Shown in pieces: positions 1 through 11,212 of a DNA stretch of 64,000 nt. The translations under genes and the position numbers were made by a program. Source of the DNA: an uncultured Actinomycetota bacterium (GTDB lineage Bacteria > Actinomycetota > Actinomycetes > JAFAQI01); contig CAVYQE010000002.1 in the NCBI GenBank assembly GCA_963770565.1, positions 384,001 through 448,000 of the forward strand, read 5' to 3'. The notes below the pieces were generated by a model, which was not told the origin of the DNA, ran no database searches, and saw nothing but the letters and a program-made list of their open reading frames with translations. Position 1 is the stretch's first letter, and each line of letters opens with the position of its first letter.

Positions 1-1
1 T

Positions 2-109
2 GGTGCCCGGATCAACAACGCCTACGCGCTCGGTACCGACCCGGTCGTCGTCGCGGCATTCCGCGCCCTCGCGACTGATCCCTACTTCCGACCCACCGAC
101 AACAACTGA
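2..109 (+). CDS. 3' end of a gene entering from outside the window, possibly a GH26-like glycoside hydrolase
   Basis: Frame 2 reads GARINNAYALGTDPVVVAAFRALATDPYFRPTDNN* (TGA 107-109). The AFR..A.DPYF tail resembles C-termini of actinobacterial GH26-like proteins. Only 35 codons are visible. Confidence 0.45.
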   Translation, partial: GARINNAYALGTDPVVVAAFRALATDPYFRPTDNN

Positions 110-1593
110 GACAGCGCCAGGTGTTCGCGCCAGCGCCAGATCACCGCCAGATAGCACACCAGCGCCACCGCCAGCGCAGTCAGCATCGCCGGCAGCGTGG
201 CACCCGCAATAGCGAGTGCAAGCCCTGGTATCAAGCCGAACGCCAACCCTGACAAGATCACCATTCGCCACCAGGTGCCCGATATCGGGCTGAAGCCGAG
301 TGTTCGGTGCACCTGCACCAGCGGTAGCAGGTTGTTGATAAGAATCGCGGCAGCCCAACCCCACGCCGCGGCGATGATGCCGAACCTCGCGATCAGTGTG
401 AGATCCACGGCAAGGTTGATGCCAAGCGCGAGGGTGGTGTTCCACAGGTTCCAGGATGTGCGGCCGGCCGTGATGAGGACGAAGTCGACCAACCCGCACG
501 ATGAGCCGACGAGGCTGGCCGCCGTGACGACCTCCATCGCCCCCAGCCCGCTGTGATAGTTGTGCCCGAGGAGGCGAACCAACAGCGGCGCGGTGACGCA
601 CACCGTCAGGTACAGCGGCGCGTTCAGGCCGACAATCCACGCGGTCGACACTCGATAGAGCTCTCGGGCCTCGTCCAGTCGCTGACGACGCAGCAGGCCC
701 GCGAGTTGAGGCTGGAACACGTAGGAAATGGCCTGGTTGCCGAGCTGCCCCACCACAACGAACCTCGTGGCGCCGGTATACACGGCCGCCGACGCGCTGC
801 CGAGAATTGCGCCGACGATGATGATGTCCAACCGCTGAAGCAGAATTTGGAGTATTCCGGTCGCCGACCGCGGAAGCGTGAAGCGCCAGATCTCCCGGAA
901 GCGGAGACGCCAAGCCGTCGATCGCAGTGGTATTTCATCGGCAACCAGCAGGGCTCGCAGCCATGCCGCCATGATCGGGCCGGTCACGAGGTACGGCAGG
1001 ATCCACGCCGCCACCACCAGGGAGGCGCCGCCTCCGGAAGCGATCGCCGCGACCACTCCGACCGTTTGAAGCACCGGGCGGAGCACACGCTCGATCACGA
1101 CCGTTGGCGACGATCGGCCGAGGCCTCGAGTGACCGCGGTCATGAAATCGTAGGTCGCACCGACCAGAACGGCGATGCCCAGTGCAAGCGCAACGGCGGT
1201 CAGGTGAGCCAGCGACTGCCGCGCTCCGAGCGCGTCGACCACCGATGGCGTCAGCACGCCGATCGCAATTGCGCCGACGACCATCGTCGGCGCAATCGGT
1301 ATGAACGACGCCCAGATCGAGTCGATCACGGCCCGCCGGTCGTGGACCCGGTCGCCGGCGACGAAATGCACCACACCGACATCGGTCCCGAGCCGAACCA
1401 TCGTCTCGACCAGGAAGTACAGCGACGTCAGCGCGAATACCGCACCTGCCGCCCGTCGATCTAGGCCGCGGGTCACCACGACGACAAGGGCGAGATTCAG
1501 GCCTGAGGTGACGACGACACCGATCAGGTTCGCGGCACCGCCGCGCGCAACCGCATAGAGATGAGCCCGCTCGGGCTGAACGCGATCGCTCAG
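82..1593 (-). CDS. Oligosaccharide flippase (Wzx/MOP family)
   Basis: Many TM helices; LQRLDIIIVGAILGSASAAVYTGATRF motif. The frame stays open upstream of the track start (1479) through ARGGAANLIG to a CTG at 1593. Confidence 0.85.
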   Translation of the reverse strand: MSDRVQPERAHLYAVARGGAANLIGVVVTSGLNLALVVVVTRGLDRRAAGAVFALTSLYFLVETMVRLGTDVGVVHFVAGDRVHDRRAVIDSIWASFIPIAPTMVVGAIAIGVLTPSVVDALGARQSLAHLTAVALALGIAVLVGATYDFMTAVTRGLGRSSPTVVIERVLRPVLQTVGVVAAIASGGGASLVVAAWILPYLVTGPIMAAWLRALLVADEIPLRSTAWRLRFREIWRFTLPRSATGILQILLQRLDIIIVGAILGSASAAVYTGATRFVVVGQLGNQAISYVFQPQLAGLLRRQRLDEARELYRVSTAWIVGLNAPLYLTVCVTAPLLVRLLGHNYHSGLGAMEVVTAASLVGSSCGLVDFVLITAGRTSWNLWNTTLALGINLAVDLTLIARFGIIAAAWGWAAAILINNLLPLVQVHRTLGFSPISGTWWRMVILSGLAFGLIPGLALAIAGATLPAMLTALAVALVCYLAVIWRWREHLALSQLLSVGRK

Positions 1594-2555
1594 GTCTCAT
1601 CCATCGATGCGCCCTGCACCGCGTCGGTAGCGACCGTTCTCGCGAGAGAACGTGCACGGGTCGCACGCTGGCGGACCGGCTGAATCGGAATGCCGTGAGA
1701 CCCGCCACCCTGCTGCGAGGGGATCACGATCTCGTCAGGGAAGGGCGCGACACTCGCCGGCAAGGTCCAGCCGTACCGGCTTCGCACCCCACTGACGAGG
1801 AGCAGCCGAACGGCGAAGGGAATGTCGGCGAGATAACGTCCGGCCAGGCGACGCGGCTCGGTTGACATCCGGTGCAGCCATTCCAGACCGGAGCGCTGCA
1901 TCCATCGCGGCGCACGGCGCTCGTGCCCGGCGGCGAAGTTCACCGCCGCCCCGCAGCCGAGGAACCAGGTGGACGGCAGCCGGGAACGGCACGCGGCGAT
2001 GAGCCGCTCCTGCTTCGGGAAGCCGAATCCGCAGAAGACGATGTCCGGCTTGGCCGCTTCAAGCCGCTGGACGATCGGCTCGACCTCCTCAGCCGTGACG
2101 TCTGCCGACAGCCAAGGCGCTTCCGATCCGACGATCCTCAGGCCCGGCGCATGTGCTTGCAGGTTGGCGGCGGCCTCGACCGCGGCGCCCGGCGGCCCGC
2201 CAAGGATGTAGACCGACCGCTCGTACCGTGCGGCTGCCGAGCTCAAGGAGTACACCAGCGAGGCGCCGGTAACGCGGTGCAGCTGAGGAGCGCGCGCGAG
2301 CCGGCTGGCCCATGACAGCGGCATGCCATCGGCGACCCGCAACGTCGCTTCTGATAGCAGGCTCGCCAGCTCGAGGTCGCTCGATGCCCGGCGGAGGAAG
2401 TTGACGTTCGGGGTGGCGATCCACCCGCCACGTCCCACCAGAAGGGAGGCAATAACCTGTTCGACGACTTGATTCTCGGTCAGCGCATCGACCTTTACCC
2501 CGGCGACCCGGACCCGATCCGGACCATCCGAAACGGTCGGGGTCAGTGCGGGCAT
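1590..2555 (-). CDS. WecB/TagA/CpsF family glycosyltransferase
   Basis: TPNV, VADGMP, RVTGASL, GFGFPKQE, GCGAAVNF, RAPRWMQRSGLEWLHR..EPRRL motifs. Confidence 0.93.
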   Translation of the reverse strand: MPALTPTVSDGPDRVRVAGVKVDALTENQVVEQVIASLLVGRGGWIATPNVNFLRRASSDLELASLLSEATLRVADGMPLSWASRLARAPQLHRVTGASLVYSLSSAAARYERSVYILGGPPGAAVEAAANLQAHAPGLRIVGSEAPWLSADVTAEEVEPIVQRLEAAKPDIVFCGFGFPKQERLIAACRSRLPSTWFLGCGAAVNFAAGHERRAPRWMQRSGLEWLHRMSTEPRRLAGRYLADIPFAVRLLLVSGVRSRYGWTLPASVAPFPDEIVIPSQQGGGSHGIPIQPVRQRATRARSLARTVATDAVQGASMDET

Positions 2556-2679
2556 GCCGCAATTTTACGCGATTTCAGGGTGGTTTTGTCAGGCCAAATG
2601 GACCAACTTGATAGGCCAGGCGAGTGAATGTGGTCCCAAAGCCCGGGGCCTCGACAAGCCCCCGCCTACCATCGTCCTC

Positions 2680-3597
2680 GTGCCCGAAAAATCCGAAATC
2701 CAGGTGCTCTACTTGGGCGGGCTCGGGCGCAGTGGCACAACGCTTCTCGAGCGACTCCTCAGTCAGATTGACGGCATGCAAGCGCTCGGCGAGACGGTGC
2801 ACGGCTGGGTCCGCAGCCTCCACAACGATGATAAGTGCGGGTGTGGCGACCCGTTCAGCAAATGCGAATTCTGGCAGCAGGTCGGCAAGGACGCCTTCGG
2901 CGGTTGGCCACAGGTCGACACCGAGCGGGTAGAGACGCTCCGGCATCAGGTCGACCGGCTCAGACGGGTACCCGCGCTACTGGCACGGTCGAGCCGCGGA
3001 TTGGATGAATACCTGTTCTACTACGTTCACCTCTACCGAGCAGTCCAAGCAGTTAGCGGGGCGCACTGGTTGGTCGACTCCAGCAAGCACGCCTCACTCG
3101 CCCACTGCCTCCGGCACTCGGCCGAGATCGAACTCCGAGTGGTCCACGTCGTACGGGATCCTCGCGCGGTGGCGTACTCGTGGAGCAAATTCGTCGAGCG
3201 GCCGGACGTGACCTCGACTGACAGCGATGCATACATGAGCAGGTACTCACCGCCGCGTACCGCCGTGATGTGGATGGCCGAGAACACCGCCATCGAAACC
3301 CTGAGGACCCGTGGCGTGCCCGTTCACCGGGTCCGCTACGAGGATTTCGTCGAGGACCCGCAGCAGACCGTGAGTTCGATCTTGGCGTTCGTGGGTCTCC
3401 CGGACAGCGGCACACTGTCCATCCAGGACCACGCCGTGAACCTTCGACGAACCCACACGCTCTCCGGAAACCCGATGCGGTTCGACACCGGCGAGATCGT
3501 CATCAGCCCTGACATCGAGTGGCAGGACCGACTGCCGACCGCAGATCGCCGGACGGTGGGCGCAATGACCTGGCCACTCGCGCACCGCTACTCCTGA
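2680..3597 (+). CDS. Sulfotransferase (PAPS-dependent)
   Basis: 5'-PSB loop YLGGLGRSGTTLL, VDSSK, 3'-PB VVRDPRAVAYSW, VRYEDF; CGCG...C..W insert. GTG at 2680 chosen as start. Confidence 0.9.
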   Translation: MPEKSEIQVLYLGGLGRSGTTLLERLLSQIDGMQALGETVHGWVRSLHNDDKCGCGDPFSKCEFWQQVGKDAFGGWPQVDTERVETLRHQVDRLRRVPALLARSSRGLDEYLFYYVHLYRAVQAVSGAHWLVDSSKHASLAHCLRHSAEIELRVVHVVRDPRAVAYSWSKFVERPDVTSTDSDAYMSRYSPPRTAVMWMAENTAIETLRTRGVPVHRVRYEDFVEDPQQTVSSILAFVGLPDSGTLSIQDHAVNLRRTHTLSGNPMRFDTGEIVISPDIEWQDRLPTADRRTVGAMTWPLAHRYS

Positions 3598-3627
3598 CCC
3601 GGTGCTGACCGACCGCGCCCGACCGAG

Positions 3628-4594
3628 ATGACGGACGTGACCCTCCACTACGCTGTGCCGATCGAAGCGTCGAGTCCACCCGAGAGCCTGCCCTCGGTTT
3701 GCGCGGTCATCCCCACTCGGAATCGCCCGGAGCTTCTTCGACGCGCAGTTCTCGGCGCGCTCGAGCAGGACTACGCCGGCGACCTTCAGGTGATCGTGGT
3801 CCTTGACCAGGCCGATGCCAACGCCCTCGAGCGACTCCCGGCGTCGCCGCGGATCAAGGTTCTCACCAATACACGCAAAGCCGGACTCGCCGGTGCCCGG
3901 AACACCGGGATCATGGCGTCGACGGCGGATCTCATCGCGTTCTGCGACGACGATGATGCCTGGCGTCCGAACAAGATCGCGAACCAGGTCGATGCACTGC
4001 TCGCCCAGCCGTCGGCAAACTTCGTCAGCTGCTCCATCGAAGTCGACTTCGAGGGCAAGCGGAGCGTGCGGCTTGCCGGAGCAAACCGGATCACGCACGC
4101 AGAGCTCCGGTCGAGTCGGATGTCGATGCTGCACTCGTCTACCTTCCTCATCCGCCGCGAGGCCCTGCTCGGGGACCTCGGTCTGATCGACGAGGGCATA
4201 CCTGGCAGCCACAATGAGGACTGGGACGTGCTTCTCCGTGCTTCTCGCTTGAGCCCGATCGTGCATGTGGATCAACCACTTGTGCAGGTTCAGTGGACGT
4301 CAGGGTCTCACTTCAACCGGGCCTGGGATCAGAAAGATCGCCTCCCTGCAGTGGATACTCGACCGGCACCCCGACATCGTCGAGGAATCACCCAAGGGCG
4401 CGGCGCGGGTTTACGGCCAGATCGCGTTCGCCTACGCAGCGTCAGGCGAGCGTACGACCGCCCTGCGCTGGGCCGGTCGCGCGATCCGGCGGCGCTGGCG
4501 GGAACCCCGCGCCTACCTGGCCATCGCCGTTGCCGGCGGCATCCCCGCCGAAACCGTACTCAGCACCCTGCACCGGCGGGGCAAAGGAGTCTGA
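3628..4594 (+). CDS. GT2 glycosyltransferase (frameshift near 4335)
   Basis: VIPTRNRP, GLAGARNTGI, AFCDDDD, EDWD motifs; the C-terminus continues in the 4265..4594 frame. Confidence 0.88.
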
Positions 4595-4615
4595 CCGTTC
4601 GCGCCGCAGCGGCGA

Positions 4616-4936
4616 CTAGGCGTCGAGCTTGCGGGCCCGCACGGCCGTGCCGTAGGCGCAGATCTCCGTCCAGGTATCGCCCATCTCCGAGGTGTCGAAG
4701 CGCATGCCGACGATCGCGTTGGCGCCACGCGCCGCGCCTCGCCGATCATCCTGCCCATGACCTCGTTGCGGCTGTCGATCATCGCCTTGGTCATGCCCTT
4801 GAGCTCGCCGCCGAACATCGACTTCAGGCCGGCGCCCATCTGCGAGAAGATGTTGCGCGACCGCACGGTGAGCCCGAATACCTCGCCGAGACCTGCTCGA
4901 TCCGGTATCCGGGCAATCGTTCGTCGTGACGATCAT
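4616..4936 (-). CDS. ybjQ: YbjQ/UPF0145 family protein (frameshifted)
   Basis: MIVTTND / RSRNIFSQMGAGLKSMFGGELKGMT / GANAIVGMRFD..EICAYGTAV split across frames. Confidence 0.85.
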   Translation of the reverse strand: MIVTTNDCPDTGSSRSRRGIRAHRAVAQHLLADGRRPEVDVRRRAQGHDQGDDRQPQRGHGQDDRRGAARGANAIVGMRFDTSEMGDTWTEICAYGTAVRARKLDA

Positions 4937-4956
4937 GGCCGCAGAATATCGCCGGG

Positions 4957-5533
4957 TCAGTCGTTGAACTGGCTCTGAGCTGCGGCGAGTCCGTCACGAA
5001 TCAGCGCCTCGACCGCATCGCCGGCCCGCTCGACCACTTCACCGAGCTCCTCTTCGCTCGACCGCCGAGAAGTCGTGGAGGACGAAGTCCGCGGGGTCCT
5101 GCCGGCCCGGCGGGCGACCGATGCCGACCCGAACGCGGAAGAACTCGCCGGTTCCCAGGGACCGGCGAAGGGAACGCAAGCCGTTGTGCCCGTTGTCACC
5201 GCCACCGAGTTTCAATCGCAGCACGCCAGGATCGAGATCGAGCTCGTCATGGACGACGACGATCCGCTCGGCCGGCACCTTGAAAAAGTCCCGCAGCGAC
5301 CCAGCCGGCCCCCCCGACTCGTTCATGTAGCAGCGCGGTTTCGCGAGCACCACGCGCACACCACCGAGATGCGTCTCGAGGACGTCCGTGCGGGTCTTGT
5401 GCCGCTTGAACCGGGCTCCCACCCGGTCGGCGAGCCGGTCGACCACCATGAAACCGACGTTGTGGCGGTTGCCGGCGTACCCCGGCCCGGGGTTGCCGAG
5501 GCCGAGGACCAGCCAGGGTCCGTCCTCGCTCAC
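4957..5533 (-). CDS. pth: Peptidyl-tRNA hydrolase (frameshift near 3' end)
   Basis: [43 protein letters not shown]. Confidence 0.95.
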
Positions 5534-5551
5534 CAGAGCCTACGGGCGGCG

Positions 5552-6234
5552 TCAGCCCTGCGCGGGCTCGGCGTCGGCTGCGGCCTCGGCCTGCTCGCCC
5601 GCTTCGTCGCCGGCTGCGGCCTCGGCCTCCTCGCCCGCTTCCTCGCCGGCTGCGGCCTCGACGTCGAGCTCGGCCTCGAGCTCCTCGGCGGTCGGCGCCG
5701 GCACGATGTGAACGACCACCTGCTCGGGGTCGCCCGCGATCTCGACACCCTCGGGCAACGACACCCGGCCGGCGTGAACGGACTCGCCGATCTCCAGGCC
5801 TTCGATCGAGATCTCGACGCTTTGCGGGATGTTGGTGGCTTCGGCCGTCACCGACAGCGTGTTGAGCGACTGGTCCAGCAGGCCGCCGGCCACGATCTCG
5901 CCTGAGACCTGGACCGCGATCTCGACCGTGATCCGCTCACCACGGCGGACGAGGATGCAGATCCACGTGCTCGATCGCACCGCGGATCGGGTCGCGCTGG
6001 ATCGACTTCGGCAGCGCGAGCTCGCTGCCCTCAGCCAGCTGGAGGTCGAGCAGCACGTTGGCACCATCGGTGCGAAGAGCATGCTCGAAATCCCGCGTCG
6101 GCAGCGAGAGGTGGCGCGGATCGGCCCCGTGGCCATACAGAACCGCGGGGACCTTGCCGGCCCGGCGGGTACGCCGAGCGCCACCCTTCGCCGAACTCGG
6201 TTCTGGGCTCGGCGACGATGCGGACCTCGGGCAC
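5552..6234 (-). CDS. rplY: 50S ribosomal protein L25/Ctc (frameshifted)
   Basis: N-terminus VPEVRIVAEPRTEFG after an AAGGAG RBS; C-terminal domain AEATNIPQSVEISIEGLEIGESVHAG; position between prs and pth. Confidence 0.9.
5576..5660. repeat. 36-bp tandem repeat (about 2.4 copies) encoding the acidic tail of L25
   Basis: GGCTGCGGCCTCG recurs at 5576, 5612 and 5648; encodes EAAAGEEAGEEA-type repeats. Confidence 0.85.
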
Positions 6235-6444
6235 GACCAGGGCTCCTTGTGGATATTCGGCGGTTTCTGCGCGGTCGAGTGTAGGCGAGATGAACGAACG
6301 TGGCGAACCCGCGTGTCCCGCTAGAACCACCCGCCAGGCGCCGGTTAGGTTGGTTCAGAGACACCACGGTGGCGTCGGGTAGGTATGAGTCCCCCGCGCT
6401 CGCCATACAGGCCGGATCCTCAACCTGTCAGGGGAGCGTTTTCA

Positions 6445-7495
6445 GTGAATCGTGTTATCCGTTCTATGCACCCGCGCGGCGTCGATTCTGCTCATCGGGT
6501 TGGCGCTTGGCGCAGTAGCCGCGGCGGAGTGCTCCAGCAACCGCAAGCTATGCAGCCCATTCCCAACCCGGTAAGCAGAGTTCGCGCGCGGTCGTGCACA
6601 ACACCTGTGCGCGATCCGTAGCATCGACGTACCGTCATGTGGACTGCTCTGGGGAATGTTCGTGCCCTCGCAGAGCTACGGTCCAGTCGAACAGATCCAT
6701 CGGCCGTCGCTTCGACATCGTCAAGAACTACATCGGCTGGAAAGTCGGAGAGATATTTCCAAGCCCCAAGGCGAAAACGCTCGCCGACGGCGGAGCGCGG
6801 ACGCTCTACTTCAGCTGGAACGCGGTGAACTACACCAACCGCTCGAAGGTGACCTATCAGTCGATCGCCAACGGGTCCTGGGACAAATCCGTCATCATTC
6901 CGGAGGCCAAAACGCTGATCGCGTTCCACCAGAAGGTGTTTGTCGACTTCCAACACCGAGTTCGACAACAAGGCTCAGGAAGCCGGCGAGGGCATCCCTC
7001 GGCTCAGTACATCGCTGCCTATCGCCATATCCATCAGGTGTTCGCGAATCAGGGCGTTACCAACGTGATCTGGGTGTGGGTCTCAACCGGCTACCTTCCG
7101 CATCTGCCAGATATCGCGGCGAGCTATCCGGGAGCGAGCTACGTCGACTGGATCGGCTACGACGCCTACAACTTCTCGTCGTGTCACAAGGGCATCTGGA
7201 AGACTCCGCTGCAAGTGTTTCAGCCGTACTACAACTGGGTCGAGAGTCAGCCCGGGATGATGTCAAAGCCCGTGATGCTCACGGAGTTCGCGTCACTCGC
7301 CGGACCGAACGTCGAAGGCGTGGTACGCCGCCGTGCCAGCAGCACTACAACAGCTGCCGCTGATCAAGGGCGCGATTGAATGGAACTCCCAGAAGTCAGC
7401 GACCTGTGACTACCGCCTGTCACAGTCATCGCAGGCCATGTCCGGCTACGCCTCAAGTTCGCTGACCAAGTATGTCTGTAGGCAGCACGCCCTGA
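6445..7495 (+). CDS. Secreted GH26-like glycoside hydrolase (frameshifted; ends approximate)
   Basis: VFVDFQH-E-FD (frameshifted), [30 protein letters not shown]; signal-like N-terminus after a GGGGAG RBS. Confidence 0.8.
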
Positions 7496-7552
7496 CCCAC
7501 GAGAGCTGCAGCCTGGTCGATCGCGAGCGGCCCCGGAACGCGGCGGTCCTGG

Positions 7553-8540
7553 TCAGGCGTTGCCGTCGAACAGGCTGGTGACCGAGCCGTCCTCGAAGAC
7601 CTCGCGGATCGCCCGGGCGAGCAGCGGCGCGATCGAGAGGACGGTCAGCTTGTCGAACTCCTGCTCGGGCGGATCGGCAGGGTGTTGGTGACGATCGACC
7701 TCGCTGACCCGGCTGTTCTTGAGCCGGTCGGTGGCCGGCGCGGAGAAGATCGCCGTGCGTCGCCGCGACGACGACGTCGGTGGCGCCCGTTGTCGAAAGC
7801 AGGTCGGCCGCCTTGGTGATCGTGCCGCCGGTGTCGATCATGTCGTCGATCAGCAGGCAGAGGCGGCCCTCGACGTCACCGACGACCCGGTTGGCGACGA
7901 CCTCGTTCGGCGACGTCGGGATCGCGGCGTCTTGTGGACGAACGCGATCGGCGCGCCGCCCAGCGCGTCGGCCCACTGCTCGGCCACCCGCACCCGGCCG
8001 GTGTCGGGCGAGACGACGGTGAGGTCCTGCCGGGCCGTAGCTTGCTCTTGACGTAGTCGGCCAGCAGCGGCAGCGCGAACAGGTGGTCGACCGGGCCGTC
8101 GAAGAAGCCCTGGATCTGCGCGGTGTGCAGGTCGACGGCCATCAGGCGGTCGGCGCCGGCGGTCTTGAACAGGTCGGCCATCAGCCGGGCCGAGATCGGC
8201 TCGCGACCGCGGTGCTTCTTGTCCTGGCGGGCGTACGGATAGAACGGCGCGACGACGGTGATCCGCTTGGCCGACGCCCGCTTGAGCGCGTCGACCAGGA
8301 TCAGCTCTCCATCACCCACTGGTTGATCGGGCGTCGTGAACGACTGGATGACGAACGCGTCGGAGCCGCGCACCGACTCGTCGGGGCGGATGAACGTCTC
8401 GCCGTTGGCGAAGTCGCGGCGTCGTCGTCGGGCTGACCGTCACGCCCGAGCTCGAGGCGATCTCGTCGGCCAGTTCCGGGTAGGCCCGGCCGGAGAAGAG
8501 CATCAGGCTCTTGCGGCCGGCGACCTGGAAGCGTGCTCAC
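7553..8540 (-). CDS. prs: Ribose-phosphate pyrophosphokinase (multiple frameshifts)
   Basis: [65 protein letters not shown]. Confidence 0.95.
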
Positions 8541-10011
8541 TGCAGTTCCTGCCTGGTCGATGTCGTCCTCGGACTGGGCTGTGTCGGCCTCGTGGGCGTC
8601 GCCGCGGCCCGCTCGGCGGCGCTCGGCGGAGGCCGTTCCGGCGCCGGCGTCGCTCGCACCCAGCCTGCCACGTTGCGCTGCTGGCGCGCGCGGCGACGGC
8701 CAGCGCACCGGGCGGTACGTCCTCGGTGATGACCGATCCGGCCGCGGTGTAGGCGCCGTCGCCGATCTCGACCGGCGCGACGAACATCGTGTCGGCGCCG
8801 GTCCGGACGTGGTCGCCGACGACGGTGCGGTGCTTGGCAACGCCGTCGTAGTTGACGAAGACCGTGGCCGCGCCGATGTTGGTGCTGCTCGCCGATCGTC
8901 GGCGTCGCCGACGTAGGACAGGTGCGGGACCTTGCTGCCCGTCGCCGACTCGCTGTCCTTCACCTCGACATAGGTGCCGACGTGCGCGCCGTCGCCGAGC
9001 ACCGTGCCGGGGCGCAGGTAGGCGAACGGGCCGACGGTGACGTCCGCGCCGATCGCGGCCCTGGTCGCGGCGACTCGAGACCGGTGCGCCCGCGCCGACG
9101 ACGGTGTCGGTCAGCGTGCAGTCGGGTCCGATCGCCGCCAGCCGCGCGATGTGCGTCGCGCCGTGCAGATCGGCGGCGGGAGAAGCGTGACGTCGGGCGC
9201 GAGCGTGACGCCGGCGTCGACCCAGGTCGTGGCCGGGTCGATGATGGTGACGCCGGCGCGCATAGTGCTCGAGCAGCCGGTCGTGGACGCCCGGCGCGCG
9301 GCGGCGAGCTGCACCCGGTCGTTGACGCCGGCCGTCTCGCGCGGCGTCGGTCGCCGCACTCGCCACGACCCGCCGGCCGCGGCCAGCAGATCGATGACGT
9401 CGGGCAGGTACTCCTCGCCCTGCGCGTTGTCGGTGCGTGACCTTCCCAGCGCCGCGCGCAGCAGGCGTCGTCGAACGCGTAGACGCCGGCGGCGACTCGT
9501 TGATCTGGCGGGTCCGGTCGTCGGCGTCGCTCTGCTCGACGACTCGCGCACGACCGGCCGTCCGCATCCGGACCACCCGTCCGTAGCCGGTGGGTCATCG
9601 ACCGCGGTGAGCAGGGTGGCGGCGGCGCCTCGTGATCGCGGGCGCCAGCTGCGCAGGGTCGCGGTGGTCAGCAGCGGGGTGTCGCCGGGCAGGACGACGA
9701 CCGTCCCGGCCGCCGCGGCCGGCAGCGCCTCCAGCGCGACCCGCACCGCGTGACCGGTGCCGTGCTGCTGCTCCTGGACGACGGGCCGCGCCGTCGGTGC
9801 GATCTCGGCGAGGTGGTGCGGTGACCTGTTCGCGCCCGTGGCCGACCACGACGACGGTCGTCGGCGCGTCCAGCGGGGCGGCCGCGGCGAGCACGTGGCC
9901 GAGCAACGACCGCCCGCAGAGCCGTGCAGCACCTTCGGCGTGCGCGGACTTCATCCGGGTGCCCTCGCCGGCAGCGAGCACGACGACAGCGGCAGGCGCT
10001 GTGTCAGTCAC
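8537..10011 (-). CDS. glmU: Bifunctional GlmU (multiple frameshifts)
   Basis: [70 protein letters not shown]. Confidence 0.95.
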
Positions 10012-10158
10012 CCAGGCTCCTGGAACGCGGTACGACGGGGAAGGCCACCGCCGAGCCTACCGAGCCTCACGACCCGCCGATCGAGTCCCACCATCGTCGC
10101 GGCAACCACGGGACGGGGGGCTCAGCGCCGGCAAGGGATATCGCTCGCAGGCTGTCAG

Positions 10159-10231
10159 CTCCCGGAGAGGAATCGAACCTCCATCTCGGTACTCCAAAGA
10201 GTCTCTGTCCTGCCATTAGACGACTCCGGGA
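10159..10231 (-). tRNA. tRNA-Gln (TTG), imperfect stems
   Basis: Reverse strand TCCCGGAGTCGTCTAATGGCAGGACAGAGACTCTTTGGAGTACCGAGATGGAGGTTCGATTCCTCTCCGGGAG shows D-loop TAATGG, loop CTTTGGA and T-loop TTCGATT; canonical position upstream of glmU. Confidence 0.8.
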
Positions 10232-10336
10232 CTGCTCTTTCGAAGCCTAGGTGCTCGGTCGGCTCCGCGCCCGCGCTGAGGCGCGTTATCTGCGCCCGCG
10301 GTCAACCCGTCATGGGCTAAGGGCGAGCAGCAGTGC

Positions 10337-11063
10337 TCAGAACCGCTTCCGGAAGACGAGAAGGACTTCGGTCCGTTCAGCGTCGAGGTGACCGCGGGTG
10401 AGTCGCGTGACCAGCCGGGAGAAGACCCGCCAGGCGGCAGCGGGCATGTGGAGCCGCCGACGAAACTCCTCTTGCTTCATGTCCTCGCGGGTGGACGCGA
10501 ACGCCACCTCGAGGTCAGCCGCCGCCGCCAGCTTCAGCACGGTCGGCGGTGTCAGCGCAAAAGGCAAGGTCGTGGGATATGGGCCCTTGCCAGGCTGACG
10601 GCATTTACTCTGCCGAGGATCCGCCGACGGAAGAACAGATGCAGGAAAAGGGCGTGAACTTCGTGACCAGCCCCTTGGGGCTGAACAGGTTGGGGAAGGC
10701 GAGCACGAGAATGCCACCTGGTCGCAGCGCCTTGGCAAAGCGAACGAGCGCGGCGAGGGGATCATGCAGATGCTCGAAGACGTACCAGCACACAACAGCG
10801 TCGAACGATTCCGGCTCGAAGTCGTAGGTCTCGACGTCTCCGACAATGCCCTCATCGATTGTCGAGTTGTTCTCGATGCGAACCGGCTCGATGTCCATCC
10901 CCACGACGTGCGCATCCGGCGCAAACCGCACGCGCTCGAGCTCATCCGCACCCGGCCTCGAGTACTCGCGGAGCTACCCAGCTCGCGGTTATCTCATCAA
11001 CGGTGTGCTGCAGCCCCGACAGGCAGTCGTCCGCCGGTCGAGCTTCAACGCAAGGCCTTCCAC
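10337..11063 (-). CDS. Class I SAM-dependent methyltransferase (frameshifted; start uncertain)
   Basis: RVLEAGCG, VVGMDI, ESFDAVVCWYVFEHL.DP, LRPGGILVLAFPN split over three frames. Confidence 0.8.
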
Positions 11064-11212
11064 TCCCAACCCTTCTGATCTGCCGCGAGCATGTAGCCGC
11101 TATCGTGACCATCCGGGGCACCTGGATGCCGCCTCGATCCGAAGTAGCGGGCACAACCAGGGTAAGGCCACAGCGAACTTCGCGAAGTGAAACGCCAGAC
11201 GCTGTTCTGAGG

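Noticed and set aside
5576-5660. 36-bp repeats as a possible CRISPR array
   Set aside because: Tandem with no spacers, in frame within the L25 acidic tail, and no cas genes present.
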